Assembly: GCA_039096225.1 (NCBI GenBank)
Contig: JBBPEB010000029.1
Span: 372,001-436,000 of the forward strand
DNA length: 64,000 bases
Direction of reading: 5' to 3'
Origin: Blastocystis sp. Blastoise
Lineage: Eukaryota; Protista; Bigyra: Opalinata
Both the position numbers and the translations under genes were made by a program. Positions 1 through 27,341 of the stretch are shown here, piece after piece. Below the pieces are notes generated by a model. It saw nothing but the letters and a program-made list of their open reading frames with translations, made no database searches and was not told the origin of the DNA. Position 1 is the first letter of the stretch. Each line of letters begins with the position of its first letter.

Positions 1-169
1 TATTTATTATTTAAATGATTATTTATTATATATATATACAATATTTTATGTTATTATATATGTATATATAATAATTTTGATTATTATTATTTAATATGAT
101 TATTTAATATTTATTATTACATATATGTATACTATTATTATATATTCATATATATATATATATATATAG

Positions 170-600
170 GGTCACAGTTGGATTACTGCTCCTGCTGAAT
201 ATACACATACTGATGTTGCTCCTGTTAAATGTTATATACCTAAGAAATGTATTCATACTTGGTATATATATATATATTATTATTATTATTTCTTTTTATC
301 ATTATAGAATTACTAGTCATTTATTATTATTGTAATTTCTATTTTATTATTATTATATTTAGTATTTTTGTCATTATAAAATTGATTTTATTATTATACT
401 TATAATGATTATACTTATCTATATAGGTCAGGCCATACTAATGCTGTTCAATCTATTCAGTTCTTCCCTGAAACATCACATCTACTTCTCTCTGCTTCTA
501 TGGATAAAAAGATTAAAATATGGGAAGTATATGATAAGAAACAATGTAAACGAACTTATATAGATAATCTATATTATTATACTTATTATTATTATACATA

Positions 601-637
<37 letters not shown>

Positions 638-1687
638 CATATTATTATTATCATTATTATACATTAATTATTATCATATTATTATTATTATATTCATGAA
701 ACTTATTATACTTATATTATATAGTTATATGGGTCACAATGGAGGTGTACGTTCTGCTGCGTTTAATTATGATGGAACACAATTCTTATCTGCTTCATTT
801 GATCGTAATATAAAATTATGGGATACCGAAACAGGTAAATGTATATATAATTATACAAAAGGTACAATTCCCTTCCAAGTCGCTTGGTCTCCTTTAGATC
901 ATAATATGTTTATTGCTCCTTGTCAAGATTGTAATGCTCATCAATTTGATATACGTACAGGGGAAGTATATATATATATATATATATATACATATATATT
1001 ACAATTTAATTTCTTTATATTTCTATAAAAATAATATCAAATACTATAAATATATATATATATTATATACAATTATCTATTATATTTAGTATCTACTATT
1101 ATATATATATATTCACTTTGATTTCTTTATATTTCTATAAAAATACTATTAAATGCTATAAATATATATAGTTAATTCAGACATATTCAGCTCATTTAGG
1201 TCCAGTAAATACTGTAACGTTCTTTAACGACGGTAAACGATTTGCAACTACATCTGATGATAAGAGTATACTTATTTGGGATTATGGTATTAATCCTCCT
1301 ATTAAAGAAGTTCGTGATGTTTCTATGTCCTCTATGCCAAGTGTAACATTATCATCAACAAAAGATAATTTATTCTGTCAATCTCTAAATAATCAAATTG
1401 TTACTTATTCTATTACAGATGATAGTGTTCATCAAAATGGACGTAAACGTTTCAGAGGTCACGTGCTTCAAGGGTACGCATGCCAAATAGCCAATAGTCC
1501 TGATGGTCAGCTGATCTCCTGTGGTGATGGTAACGGTAATGTATATTTCTGGTCCTATAAAAGTTGTAAAATGATGAAAATGTTTAAAGCTCACAATACA
1601 GCTACTGTTGGCTGTATATGGCAACCGAATCAACCAAGTAGAATGGTTACTAGTTGCTGGGATGGTACTATTAAATACTGGGATTAA
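170..1687 (+). CDS. CDC40: Pre-mRNA splicing factor CDC40/PRP17 (WD40 repeats), 5' end outside window; exons 170-261, 427-555, 725-965, 1172-1687
   Basis: Spliced translation gives CYIPKKCIHTWSGHTNAV...LLSASMDKKIKIW...CKRTYMGH...AHLGPVNTVTF...KRFRGHVLQGYAC...WDGTIKYWD, typical of PRP17/CDC40. Intron 556-724 is TT-AG. Confidence 0.92.
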
Positions 1688-2313
1688 AAACATAATCTCT
1701 TTATATATATAATATATATTAACTGTTTTATTAATTTATATAGATTCCAGATTATTCTATATAGTTTTTAAATCATTTTTTTTCTATTATTTAAATAGAT
1801 AAATTGTGATATCTTTTTTTCTTCTATTTATCATTTGTAGGAATATTTTATGTATTTTTTTTGTTATTTGAATTATTCTATTTGATTCAATATTTTAGTT
1901 ATATGCTTTTTTACACTATATTTTTTTATATACAGAAAAAATCAAATTTTTAAATATAATTTCTAAAGACTTCTATTTCAATAACAATACATATATATTA
2001 AAATGCACTGAATTCTATTTATACAATGATAATACAAAATATAAAACTTTTCTAATATATAAAGAAAAAGATTATCATATATATAAATATGAAAAATGTT
2101 AATAAACTATTCTATAATACTAATAGAAAAATTTATAAATATTCGCAAACAAATAAAAAAAAGATAATAATAGTATAAACATATAAGTGTTAATTATTTC
2201 GAGATCATATTATTTTCAATTACAAATAATTCAAAGAAAATTAAATAAAAATAAATAGAAAAACAATAATATATATAAATAATAATAGAATATATATAAA
2301 CATGATTATATTG

Positions 2314-5008
<2,695 letters not shown>

Positions 5009-5352
5009 CAATTTCTTGAAAAAGAGTAAATTAAATAAATACCTGTTCTGAATCTGTCTGCGTTTTTTTTCAGATGTTTCCACTATTTTTTTTTACTTTT
5101 CTCAATTTTGAGTGGTGTTTCAATAAATTTCCATGTTTTTCATGTTATTAACCCCCTTTTCGATTTGTATTTCTTTTTATGAAGAAAAGTCATGATTATT
5201 GTAATGTAAACAGTGCAAAACTTATAAATAATCGTGGAACAAAAAACATCTAGAATTGTGGCTCTTTGGTTCTCCAAATTCCAAATTCATTTCCATTTGT
5301 GTATTTTTTTTACTTTATTTGTTATTTGTTGTTGTTTCTTGTTATCGTTGAC

Positions 5353-7094
<1,742 letters not shown>

Positions 7095-7545
7095 ATATTA
7101 ATATATGTAATTTTTATTCATCATCATTTTTTATTTTGATGGTTTAACATGTATTTTACATTCTATTTTGTTTTTGTTTATAATTTCATGCTTTTTTTTT
7201 AACTAAAAAATAAGAGATTAAGCAAACACATTCTGTATCTGTTTCTTAGCTTTTTCGTACACTAAAAATAATGAAACACCAATTCGTTAAAAAATCATTT
7301 TCATAAATTATTAAAAAACAATCCTATTTGTTACAATTAAAAACGACTTCATGGTCTACATTGACTAAATATGCCAAAAATTAATCATTTCTAGTCCTGA
7401 ATAACAAAAAAAAATGTATAACAAGAAAACTGATTAAATTTTCATCCTAGAACTGAATTTACAATTACTATTAAAAAAAAAATTAAAAACAAAACAATAT
7501 TCTTGTTGTGATTATCAATTCAAATACGCCTCTAATATCAAAGAA

Positions 7546-8020
7546 ATGAGCTTAACAGAATACGATCGTCATGTATTAGATGATTTCCATAAAGATATTG
7601 ACAAATTGCGTATTCAATATACAAAAGACTTTATTGATAGGCTTACAGAGACAGCTAAATTAAATGTAAACCTTCGTGAATATCTTATCAATGATCTTAT
7701 CACTAAAATAAATAATGTTTCACCGAAGGAATGCTTAGGATTCTTATATCTTCTTGATTCTATTATTCGATATGCTGATGTCTCATATCGTGAATGTGTT
7801 CAACCTCGAATTGTTATTCTCATGTCTAGTTGTTATTATGGTAATCCTGTTATTAGACCCAAGTTAGAAAAACTTTTAAATATCTGGTTAGCAGAATCTA
7901 TTTTTCCTACAAATATATTTCTTTCTATTTGTGTATATATTTAATATATATTTTAGTATATTATTTGAATGATTATCTATTTTTTTTAATCACATTATTA
8001 TATATTTTGAAAAAAAAATC

Positions 8021-8057
<37 letters not shown>

Positions 8058-10314
8058 ACAATATATTTCGTCAATGCCATATTCAAGTAAAATTAAGTTT
8101 TCCCTCCCAAAATCAACTTGTCAATCTCCCTCCACCTACTATAGTTTCCACAGTTTCCACTTCTGAGAATATTATTCCTAGGTCTTTACCAAGATTCTCA
8201 CCTGGTCATTCCTATCCTTCTCAATATAATAATATTAACAATAATAATGATAATATGGTTGGATATGATAACATAAACTCTATTTCACAGTCACAAAACC
8301 CCTATATACAAAATAATACGAATAATAATATACCTCCAAATAACTATTTACCTCCAAATATTGATAATGGCCGTTATCGTTATGATACTATATCCAATGA
8401 ATCTAATAGTGTTCCCAGTAGTATTCAGCAACCGATTCCTGACGACACACAATCAGAAAGTATATTATATTATTATATTTATGTTTGTATTTATTAGGTT
8501 TATATTTATATTATATTAATTTATATTTATTAAATTCTTTTATTATAATTACGATATTATTTTATAGAGTCAGTTATACCCTCAAAAATTAATAAAGCAT
8601 TATTTGAAGAAGAGGTACCACGAGTATATTTATATATGTTATATTGTTTAAATACTATTATATATATACAATATTATTTATTTCCTATTTATATATATAT
8701 ATATATTTATTATTTATAAACTATAATGAATATATAAAAATATATAAATTATAATATGAATATATATAGACATTATTACAGCACGTTGAATATATATATA
8801 AAGTATTACAATATAATATAAAGAATAATAAATTCGATGAATCAGCAGAGTCACACGATGACGTCATTCGTGCGGGTGAACTGACTCCCGAACAATTAGA
8901 AATTCTATTAAATATTCCAAAGAATCCTGAATGTAAAGGTATATTTTATTATACTAGGTTATTATTATCATTATTAATTATTATTAATGTTAACACTATT
9001 ATTATTATTATCGATATATATATTTTTCAACATTTTTAAAGTTTTATTTCTTTATATTATATTATATATATATACATTTTTAGATCGTTATGATTTTTCA
9101 CATATAAATGATGATGTTTCTTATGCCGTTATAAACCGTTACAAGAACCCCCCTGGAAATAAATGTTCCAATTGTGGAGCACGTTTATTAGAAGATGAAG
9201 TATATCCATATATAATACTAATAATAGTTCTATTGTTTTTAATATAATTCTTGTTGATGTGATTAATATTATATTATATTATATATATATATATATTACA
9301 TTTAATATATCATCATAAATATATCATAATACATTTATAATACAATAATAGATTACACATTTATATATATAAATATATAGATAGATGATCATTATATGGA
9401 TCACATGAAGATAAATAAAGAGCATAAAGAGATGAAGACGTATAGAGGATGGTATAGTACTAAAGAGGAATGGATAGAACAAAAAAATATCAATAATAAT
9501 CAACAAGAGAAACAAGTATCATAATTATTCATATTCTATAATTTATATATATTATTGTTTAAAAGTATTATTTTGTTTTATATTTTATTCATTTACTATT
9601 TTATGTTATATTATTATTTATGTTATAAATTTTGTTATATTTATTCATTATTTATTATCAAGACTAATAATAATAATTATATCTATATATAGGATGAACT
9701 AAAAGAGCAAGAACATATAGTAATACAAGATCTATTACATTCGACTTGTGAAACTTGTGGTGAACCATTCTTAACTGAATTCAGAGATGATATTGAAGGC
9801 GGAAAATGGGTGTATATATATATATATATATATAGTTATATATATATATATATTTCTATGATTCTCATCAACATATATATATATATATATATTATATTAT
9901 TCTTATATACAAATCTTCATTATTTCAATAACTATATATAACTATATATTTATTTCTATGATTCTCATCAATATATATATATATATTTGTTATATTATTC
10001 TTATATACAAATCTTCATTATTTCTATAACTATATATATATAGTTATTTGAATGCAATTCGTTCTGAAGAAGATGGTTTAATATATCATTATGATTGCTA
10101 TATGCAAGAAAAGAAAGAAGAAGAAGAAGAAGAAAATGATACTATATCGAATACTAAAGAGAATTCTATGAATATAAATTCTAAAAATACAATCTCTAAT
10201 TCATCAAATAATATATATGATAATAACAAGAATAAGGATATAGACATAGAAATGAATAATCAATATGATTTTATAAATAATCATGATTTTGATCAAAATG
10301 ATTTCCAATTTTAA
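7546..10314 (+). CDS. PCF11: PCF11-like cleavage/polyadenylation factor (CID domain plus C-terminal Zn fingers), 7 introns
   Basis: CID motif FLYLLDSII, then KCSNCGARL..DHYMDH, RGWYSTKEEWI and CETCGEPF..GKWVYLNA..IYHYDC. Confidence 0.85.
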
Positions 10315-10999
10315 TATTCTCTAATTAGTTTCATATTTTAAAATTTTGTTCATTCTCCTCTGCCACCGTAATTATGTTTTTATTTTATGTTCCGTTTTCT
10401 TATGTGACTCTCTACGTATTCTATTCATTTAATGTTGTTTTTATTCTCATTTATTGCAAAACATCTTTCTAATTATTTTATTTCAATTTCATACTATTTA
10501 AAATATTTTTAAACTTTATAATGATTCTTTAATTCCATATAACAATAATAAAAAACTTCATTTCGCTAAAAAATATCGTTATTATCGATAAAATAAAAAG
10601 AGTATTTAATTATTAAGACATTATATTTCATATTGTGTATCATTTTTCATAAAATCATTTAATAAAAATCAAAATGTTCAAACCAAATGTCAATAACTAC
10701 AACATTTTTTATGTTCTCTTATTATTTATTCTAGAGTTTTATAAATAACTAAAAATCAAACTTTTTCTTTAGTATTAGAGAAATGATCATCAAAAAGAAC
10801 TAAAACATAAAAAAAACAAAATTCAGAAAGATTCATCTTTGTTTCCCCATGATTTTTCGTTTATTCTTCAGTATATTTCGAAAATAATTTCTTTCAATAT
10901 CATGAACAACGTCTGTTGTATTTTCTACAGAAATGAAAATTGCTTTTAAACTTTAATAAAAAAGTTTTTCTTAGATTTCTCATTTTTTAATTAGAAAGA

Positions 11000-18524
<7,525 letters not shown>

Positions 18525-19811
18525 AGATATTAAATAGATATCTATATATGTATTTTTTTTTATATATACCAGTTGTTTCTAATTATTCATGAATACTATT
18601 ATTTATTACTATTCTCTTTTTATATATATTATATTTATATATATTCGTTAGTCAACATTATTTCAAATCATAAATATCTATTTTCTTTAATAACTAAGAT
18701 CTTTAAATTTCTTAGTTTTTTTTTGTTTTTGTTTTCAATATTTTTATACTATTTATTCCTTTTTCATATATATATATTACTAGTTTTTGTTATCTAGTTA
18801 TATATGTTCTATATACATTTATATATTAATATTTGTTAAACTTCTATACATTTTTTTATGGTGTTTTGTTTAAAGTAATTATTATTAGAATATCATTAGT
18901 GTTTTATATTAAACTTAATCTACATACTATCATACAATAGCAATTCACATAAATAATATATTATTTATAAAATGAGAAATAAAACTATTTATTTTTTTCA
19001 TTTTCATTATTCATAAGACATAACGATCATAATATGATATATATTTAAAGCAACAAAACAAAATATTGGCGTTGAACCTTGAACAATAAAAAGGATAGAC
19101 AAGTATATTGAAATGAAAAGATATATATTATATAAAGAAGATATATAAAATGAGTATAAAGAATTCTATGGTTAGAAAACTGAATAGTATTATATTTTGA
19201 GTAATAAGAGAAGATATATCAAGAATTAGAACCAAGATATATCTATATAATATTGGAATAAGAAAAATAAAATATTGTATGATGATAATAATATTATTAG
19301 TTATATACTGTTTCTATATGTATATAAATAATAAGAATAATAATAGATATTGATATGAAAATATATATGATATATAGGTAATATAGATATAGTTACAAAA
19401 TATAAAATAATAAACGAATATCATCATAAAAAATGAATAAAAATTTGTTAAGAATATAGTTTAATAAAAAATTCTTTTTCAAAAGAAAACATGTTATGAA
19501 ATAAAATAAGTATAAAGAAGAAGATACACAATAATCAGTAAGTATCCATATAAATTAAAAAAATAAGAAAAAATGTTTATTATTCACTTGATATACAAGA
19601 ATAATATTATATATAGATAATATATATGATAAAAAAAAAAGGTATTATAGAAATTAAATAATATATATAAAGAATCATCTATGTATCTTATTATATATAA
19701 TTAAAAAAGAAATAATAATATTACTTGAATATTTATATATATGTTGAAAGAATTTTTTATTTTAAACATTAGATAATTTTCTAGCTAACAATAAGCAGTA
19801 TTCACTTGGCG

Positions 19812-20755
19812 CTAATATATCACAGATTGGACAGCAGAATAGCTTATATGAATAGTCTCCTTTAATTGACTATATAAGATCTTTTCATCGAAATAATTGG
19901 AAACTGTTGCATTTTCTACAAAATATTGATCAGGTACACTAAATGAATAATAAATAAGAAGAACTCCGTCATTTGACATGAAAGTAAAACTCTTTAATTG
20001 AGAAATAGGGACCTTGCTAGATATTAAAAAAGATCTATATATAGATATAAATATATCAGGTTGAATCCACATATTTTTGAAATCATAGAATCCTAATAAT
20101 AATTTATAATTAGTTGTACGTATTTCAGCAAATTTAACTGTTATTGGAAAATAATTTAATTTTTCTTGTTTACAGAAATATGTTATATACAATAGCTTTT
20201 GACTTTCTATTTCTTTATAAGTATTTACATAATAATTTACTGGAATACGTACATCTTGGTTTGGAAGTTGACAATACTCATTAGTATTATATAAAGTAGC
20301 TTGACTATTAAGAAGAGAAGATGAAGAACCAAATGGAGCATTAGGATAATTAATAATATTACTTATATATAATTTTCTTTTAGAAGAAGATGAAAAAGAA
20401 TAAAAATCTCTATTTGAACCATAATATGCATGAAGGAAAAGAGAATTAGTGGACTATATATAATATATTATAAATAATAATATATAATAATATACATCAT
20501 CGCTAGTTGTATAATTTGTAGTAATAAGAAGATCTGTAAGTTGATATGAATAAGTATTCACAAAGGTTCTTGCTAAAGATACTAATAAAGAATAAATATC
20601 ATCAATAGTTGTCGTTAATTGCATAGAATACTCTAATGATTCTAAAGCTTTTCCAGGAATAGAAACTGGTTTAGGATCTATATAATGATAATAATGTAGA
20701 TAATAATGTAGATAATAATATAGATAATAATGTAGATAATAATAATAAATATAAC

Positions 20756-20835
<80 letters not shown>

Positions 20836-23800
20836 CATACAACAAAGATCTTTATTAATATCATTAGACCAAGTAGGCGTATCGGATATATAATCACAAA
20901 ATAATTTATAGTAACCATATTGATTGTCATTAGTACAATTGACAACAGCATTCTTCAATATATCAGTTTCAGGATATAAATAGGAATCAATAGTTTTAGC
21001 AGGACAAGTAGCATCATTAGGATAACATTTATTATTAATAACAACTTCATTATCATTACAAGGAGTACATAAATAATTATTACCATTTAATGAAGTTACA
21101 AAACCATTTATACACTCTTCACATTCATTACCATTATAATATGCAGTACCAGTACAAGGAGTAGAACCATTAAATATACATTCACTACTATTAGGTTCTT
21201 CCCATTCACCATCATAATTACACAATCTAGATTGATTACCTTCATAATATTGAGGACAAGAAATAGAAGCAGTACAATCAGAATGAGTGGCTGGCCAATT
21301 ATTATCAACTGAACATAATAAATCAATAACTGTTATAGAAATTTGAGATAAATCTATAAGAACACCTTCATTATTTGTATAAGAGAGAGTATAAGTAGTA
21401 GTAGGAGATGCACTAGTAGGAGTACCATATAGTTTTTGAGACTTAGAATCTATCATAATACCATCAGGAAGAGAAGGAGAACTTGTAATAACAGTATCAA
21501 TGGCATCCATTGTATAAAATTGCTCATATTTATGTCCTTTTATCATAATAATAGATGTTTCTTCAAAATATAATTCAGAAGGATTCATCTTTATACATGT
21601 TTCATCACCTTCAATTCCTTGTAATGTACCATCGCTACATAAACGTTTAGCATTACTGGTATATCCTTTTGGACAAATCTTATATGAATATTTATCATAT
21701 CTAGATAAAGACCATTCATCATTTACACAACCACTACTAGGAATACTAGAATAACTTAGTTCATTTAGAACAGTCATACTTTCACTTTCACTTTCAGATA
21801 TATTTGGATCTGTTCCACATTCTGTGATTCTCATACGATAAGAATTATAACATTTATTTAGATATAAGGGTCCATAATAGTCTACACTCATACTGATTCC
21901 ATCTATTAAAGATAGTTCATCCCATTGTGCACCATTATTATAAGTTCCTTCTATTGCAATAGATACAGGACTATAGGATATACTCATAGAATGCAAGTAA
22001 AATAGAGAATATTTATTTATATCTATACATATTTCATCATTATATGTATATGTGAATATAGTATTTGAACATTTATTAAGTACTTTTATGTACGAAAAAA
22101 TATCATTATCATATATTTTACTTAATGGATATTTAGGATCTACATCACCGTTAACAGACCATGAACCTTCTATTGGTGAGTCTACTTGATTAAACAATTC
22201 AATTACTATTGAAAGTTCATTCTTTGGTTGAATAATGTTATTATATCTATGTATTTCAATAGCAATTACATTATCACCCATGAGATATATACTTGGATCA
22301 ATATAGGTACTTATAACAGATTTAAATGATTTATATTCAGTATATCCAGTTGTTGCTAATGTATTATATTCAATGTTATCACCATCATTCATATTTACTC
22401 TTCTCACTTCATAACCATTTATATATATAATCAGACCAGCATATGTTGATACTGTAATATCTAATTGATAATTTGTAGGTATTGCTTTATCTATGCTATA
22501 ATGTATTCTATAATATTGAGTTATACTATCTTCAGGAACATCAGGAAGAGAAGAAGAAGAAGGAACAGTAGACCATAGATTATCATTAAATAAATTAGTA
22601 GTCCAATGTTTAGGAGGATTAATATTATCATATGAATAAACAATAGGTATCTTGGATGCATCCGCATATTGAAGGAAAGATAAAACAACTTCTTTATCCT
22701 GATTAAATTTACTAAAATATTTATTATTGACATAAATATGGGATACTGAATGAGATACTCCAGACATAATAGACATAGATAAGGAATATTCTGATGGAGA
22801 TAAACATACATTATATTCTTCTGAACTTTTTTTATATATATGATAATTATTTATAATGTGTTGAGATGTCATAGAACTAACTAATTCTATTTTATAAGCA
22901 GCTCCTTGTTCATATTCTAATTGGATATTAACAAAACTATAAGGAAATTGACATGATTGAATGGAGATAGTTAATGTATAATCACATTGGGTATTTGTTA
23001 TAGATATAGCATGAATAGTATAATCAATATTGCCAGTCTCTCCATGAATAATACCATGTATTGAGCCATTAGTAGTATCAAATGATACTCCATCAGGAAG
23101 AGAAGGAGTTATAGTTAAATCATGATAATAATCGAAATTAATAAATGATATAAATATAGTTGTATTATCATAAACATAATAATGATTAGAAGATGTAGAT
23201 AATAATGGTATTGATTCAGATGTAATATCATCTACGAATAATTCAATTTCAGATATATAATAATCATTCTTAGCTTTATTAATCATATTATTTGTTAATG
23301 TGAATTCTAATTTATTGATTACAGTAGTAACATCAGACAAGAAGAAACATCTTCTTTGAGAAGTATAAGTATTAAATTCATCTGATACAACTGATTGTAC
23401 ATAACTATTGCCATATACATCTATAGTTTCCAGTTTCCATGATGTTGGCGCATAAATAAAATTATCAAAATCATAACTTATACAATATTTATTTATCAAT
23501 TTATATCCACCATTAGTTGTTATTGATAATATAGGGTTTGTATTATCTGACTTACCTCTTACAATTATGCTTGACGAATATGTTAAATCAAATATTTCAA
23601 GTGGAGAATCAAAAGAGGACGCATTTTCTACTGTTACATCATAATCACTATAGACTGGAAAACTAGTATCTACAACCATTATAAGAGATGCGTCAAATGC
23701 AACCTCATGATTTTTATTGTAGAATACTAATGCAGAAATAGTAATAGTTTCTTGATTATCAAATAGAGAGAGAGGACCTGTTACGGTTTTCTTTATATAT

Positions 23801-25382
23801 GTAGAGGCATCTCCTGAATCCAAATAATCATCTTTAAATCCATATACAGCGAGTTCATGATTATTTATATAGACCTTTGTATTTTTGTATGTTTTAAAAC
23901 CTAATATAAAATATTTTTGATTAACAATAGAAGGAGTATTAATAGTTCTACGGAATACTATGTATTCAGGTTTAGTAAGATAAATGTTATTACTACCAAA
24001 AATAGTAGGCCACTTCGAATCATCAACAAAAGAACCATACCATTCTGTAGGTAAAGAATAATAAATATTGCTTTTCCATTCAGAATTCATTAACATAGAA
24101 TAAACAGTATTAACATAATATGTTTCAGGAGACTTATACATAGTTCTCATTTTAGTCACAGGAAAGGATACACCCTCTGTTTCATCTATAATATATATAT
24201 TCATAAGTGATTTATCAGACCAAAGACTATTAACTTCTTCTACTAATTCAAAAGACCATATACCTACAGGACCATAGATATCATAGGGGAAATTTGTATT
24301 ATCATATATTGGTTCTATACTACTAAGACCAGTTCCATCTTCTAATTTAATATGAGCTTTTTCATATGAAGTATAATCTTTTGAAACTCTTTCTATATGT
24401 AGATGTGCGCAATAGGAAGGTTCACATTCAACAGTAATATAAAAACCATATTGTTCTGGAGTACTAAATGTCAGATCAGTATAATAAGTAATAACGTATA
24501 AATTAGATGATGGTTCCCTAGGAGTACCATCAATAACACAACCAAACATATATAAGCCAATAGGTAAAGAAGGTCTTACAGAACAATGAACTAATGGATC
24601 AGATATTAAAGTATGAAGATCAATAGATTTAATCTCTTCAAGGACTTTATAGTAATATCGAGGGATATCCTGTAATCTTCGAGAGGCAAGCATAGAGAGG
24701 GTATTCATAGAATCTATAATATATATATTATTAATGTATTTATATATATGTATATACCTTTAGAATCATTAATATAAGTAAGAACATCAAAAGAAGAAAA
24801 AAGTTCAGGACGATCTTCTTTAGTATGTAATTCAATAGCTATTTTTAATATAGTAAAAGAAACAGAGGAAGTAAGTAATTCTTTAGGAATGATAATACTA
24901 TATAAATTATAGAGTAATATTAATGATATATATACTGCTTATAAGTAGGAATATCTTCGAGAGACTGAGAAGGAGTATATTGAGTGATATTAGAGGATCT
25001 ATAAATTAATAATATATAAAAGAATAAATTATATAAAAATTAATAAATTAAACATACTCTGGTAATAAATAAGTATCCACTTTAATTCCATTCACGTAAA
25101 CAATGAATCCACTTTGACTTTGAACAGATAATTGAAGACCAACAAATGAATCATCTACAGTTATATCCTTTCTAAAATAAGTAGTAATTTCAGCATTCTT
25201 GATTTCTTTATTCTTATAGTCTTCACCCCATTCTTCTATCTTACTTTCCTTCCAAGAAGCAGAATCAACCTTTGTAGAATATTTCCAATTCATTCTTGAA
25301 TCAACAAGAGATGATACTATATAAATAATTTATATTAGATTAAGAGATAAGAAAACATATAGATAGATATTAAAAGTATATT

Positions 25383-25415
<33 letters not shown>

Positions 25416-25954
25416 GTTAAAAAATAATTATATACATATAAAAAAAGTTAAAAAAACAAAAATTACATACAGTTAAACTTAATCACTTTCTTTCCATTAC
25501 CATCTTTATTCAGACTTGTTTTCACAAGAATAATTTCGTTATATGTTAACGTTATAAGGGATCCGTCAGCCCACGTAGGAGAGTTCCTATAAAAATAACA
25601 ATAAAAAACAAATAATTACATGAATATACTTTGATAACAATTCTAGATTATAATCAGTATGTCCATCGATACAGACTTTATAATCAACAACTGTATCTTG
25701 AGAAGCAACAGATTCATCATTAAAAGCAAGAGTATTTCTTAAATTGGCAGAATCACCAGAATAAAGTTGAATGATTTCACCAGCATTCTTTGCATATTGT
25801 CTTTGAAGAGTAGCTTCATATTCACCATATGGGCAGGCATAAACAACTATAATAAATTAACAAAAAAGAAATTTAGAATGAAGATAAGTATATGAGATAT
25901 AAGTGTACCCATAAAAATAAATGTAAAAACAAGTATCTGCTTATAGTAATTCAT
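19812..25954 (-). CDS. Large secreted/surface protein with He_PIG-type Ig repeats, jelly-roll-like domains and Cys-rich repeats, about 7 introns
   Basis: Signal peptide MNYYKQILVFTFIFMVVYAC. Ig motifs LPDGVSFDTTNGSIHG and LPDGIMIDSKSQKLYGTPT. Repeated 'G.IVYVNG.EV' modules. Cys units such as CSVDNNWPAT..C..YEGNQSRLC..GEW..C. The 3' end is less certain. Confidence 0.78.
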
Positions 25955-27341
25955 TTTATACTGTTACTGATAAAACAAGTAAAAATAAATATGTGTTAAA
26001 CAAAAATCTTATATAGACTGTTTATACAGAATAAACATCAATAAAACTCGAGAAACCATCATGTTATTCATATAAGATATAGACCAATTGAAGGGAATAT
26101 GTATATCACTGAACAGTTTTATTTATCAATAATGACACATCTATCAAATAAGGTGCCATAAAAAACACTGTTCAACGATAAATACCATACTAAAGAAGTA
26201 TTTATGTATGCTTTTTCACACAAAAAAGTGAGATTTGTTTATAAAAAATGTGGAGAAAATTTATATTTAGGGTCAATTAATATTTATGAATATGGATAAA
26301 AAGGGACTCTAAAAAAGAAAAAGAAGATATCGTCGAGGACTAGCCACGATTATTCTTATAGTAGATTCTTTTATGGAAACTTGAAGCTCTTTATGAAGAA
26401 GGCAGAAAACTAAGTATTCTTAGTGTTGGTTAGTGATATCATGTATATCTAAAGAGAAATCTATGTATACAAGAAGATAACCTTCAAGAAGGTGAATGAG
26501 CGAAACAAAATTACTACTTTAGCAAATTTGTCCCGATATTCTTTAAACAATCAAATTCAATTATTTATATAATGAGATAAATAATGAAGTATATTAAAAT
26601 AAAGGAAGACCTTCTTAAAAGAGTACATTTTTTTAATTGCCTTTCTAAAGTTATTTAAGTTTTTTCTAATATATACTAACTTTCCACAGATAATATTATA
26701 TACTCACAATATATCTACGTGGATATCAATGTAAACTATTTTATTTTATAATTACTATTAATTACCACTAATCATTAGAGATGGACAAAACTAGCTACAA
26801 GTGTGGCTGCTACTTGTAACTACAAAGTAGCTGAAAGTAGCTGCTCAAAGTAACTACTAAATTTTAATTTTTTTCACGGGAATAAAAAGTGGTTTTTTGG
26901 GATATGATAGAGACACTATTAGGTATTTTGACGTTTTAAGAAAAATGATTGGATAAAAATGTGAATTTTGCCAATCATTTATTCTAAAAGGTCAAAAGTG
27001 CCTAGTACTGCAGTGTATTTTCCACATTTATTTTAACTCACATAAAAAATTTCATTCTTCAAAAAAAATATACTATATATACATAGTTCATTCAAACCCT
27101 ATAAACATAAAAATAAACATTTATTTATTTAAAAATTATAACTAAAAACATCTGTGTTTTTTATTGTTAACAAAACCCCACAAAAAAAGAGATACCATTC
27201 TTCATGACACTATTTTTTACCACGAAATAAAAAGCAGATGAAATGATTTTTTTTGATTTAGTCTTACAATGTGTTTTCTAATAGTGTTTATCTAAAGTTT
27301 TTCATTATTCATCATCATTAAGTTGCTTTTTTATTTAAAAG

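Noticed and set aside
1385-1693. Antisense ORFs overlapping real exons (also 10991-11206, 33853-34146, 51831-52028)
   Set aside because: Shadow ORFs opposite well-supported genes, with no independent motifs.
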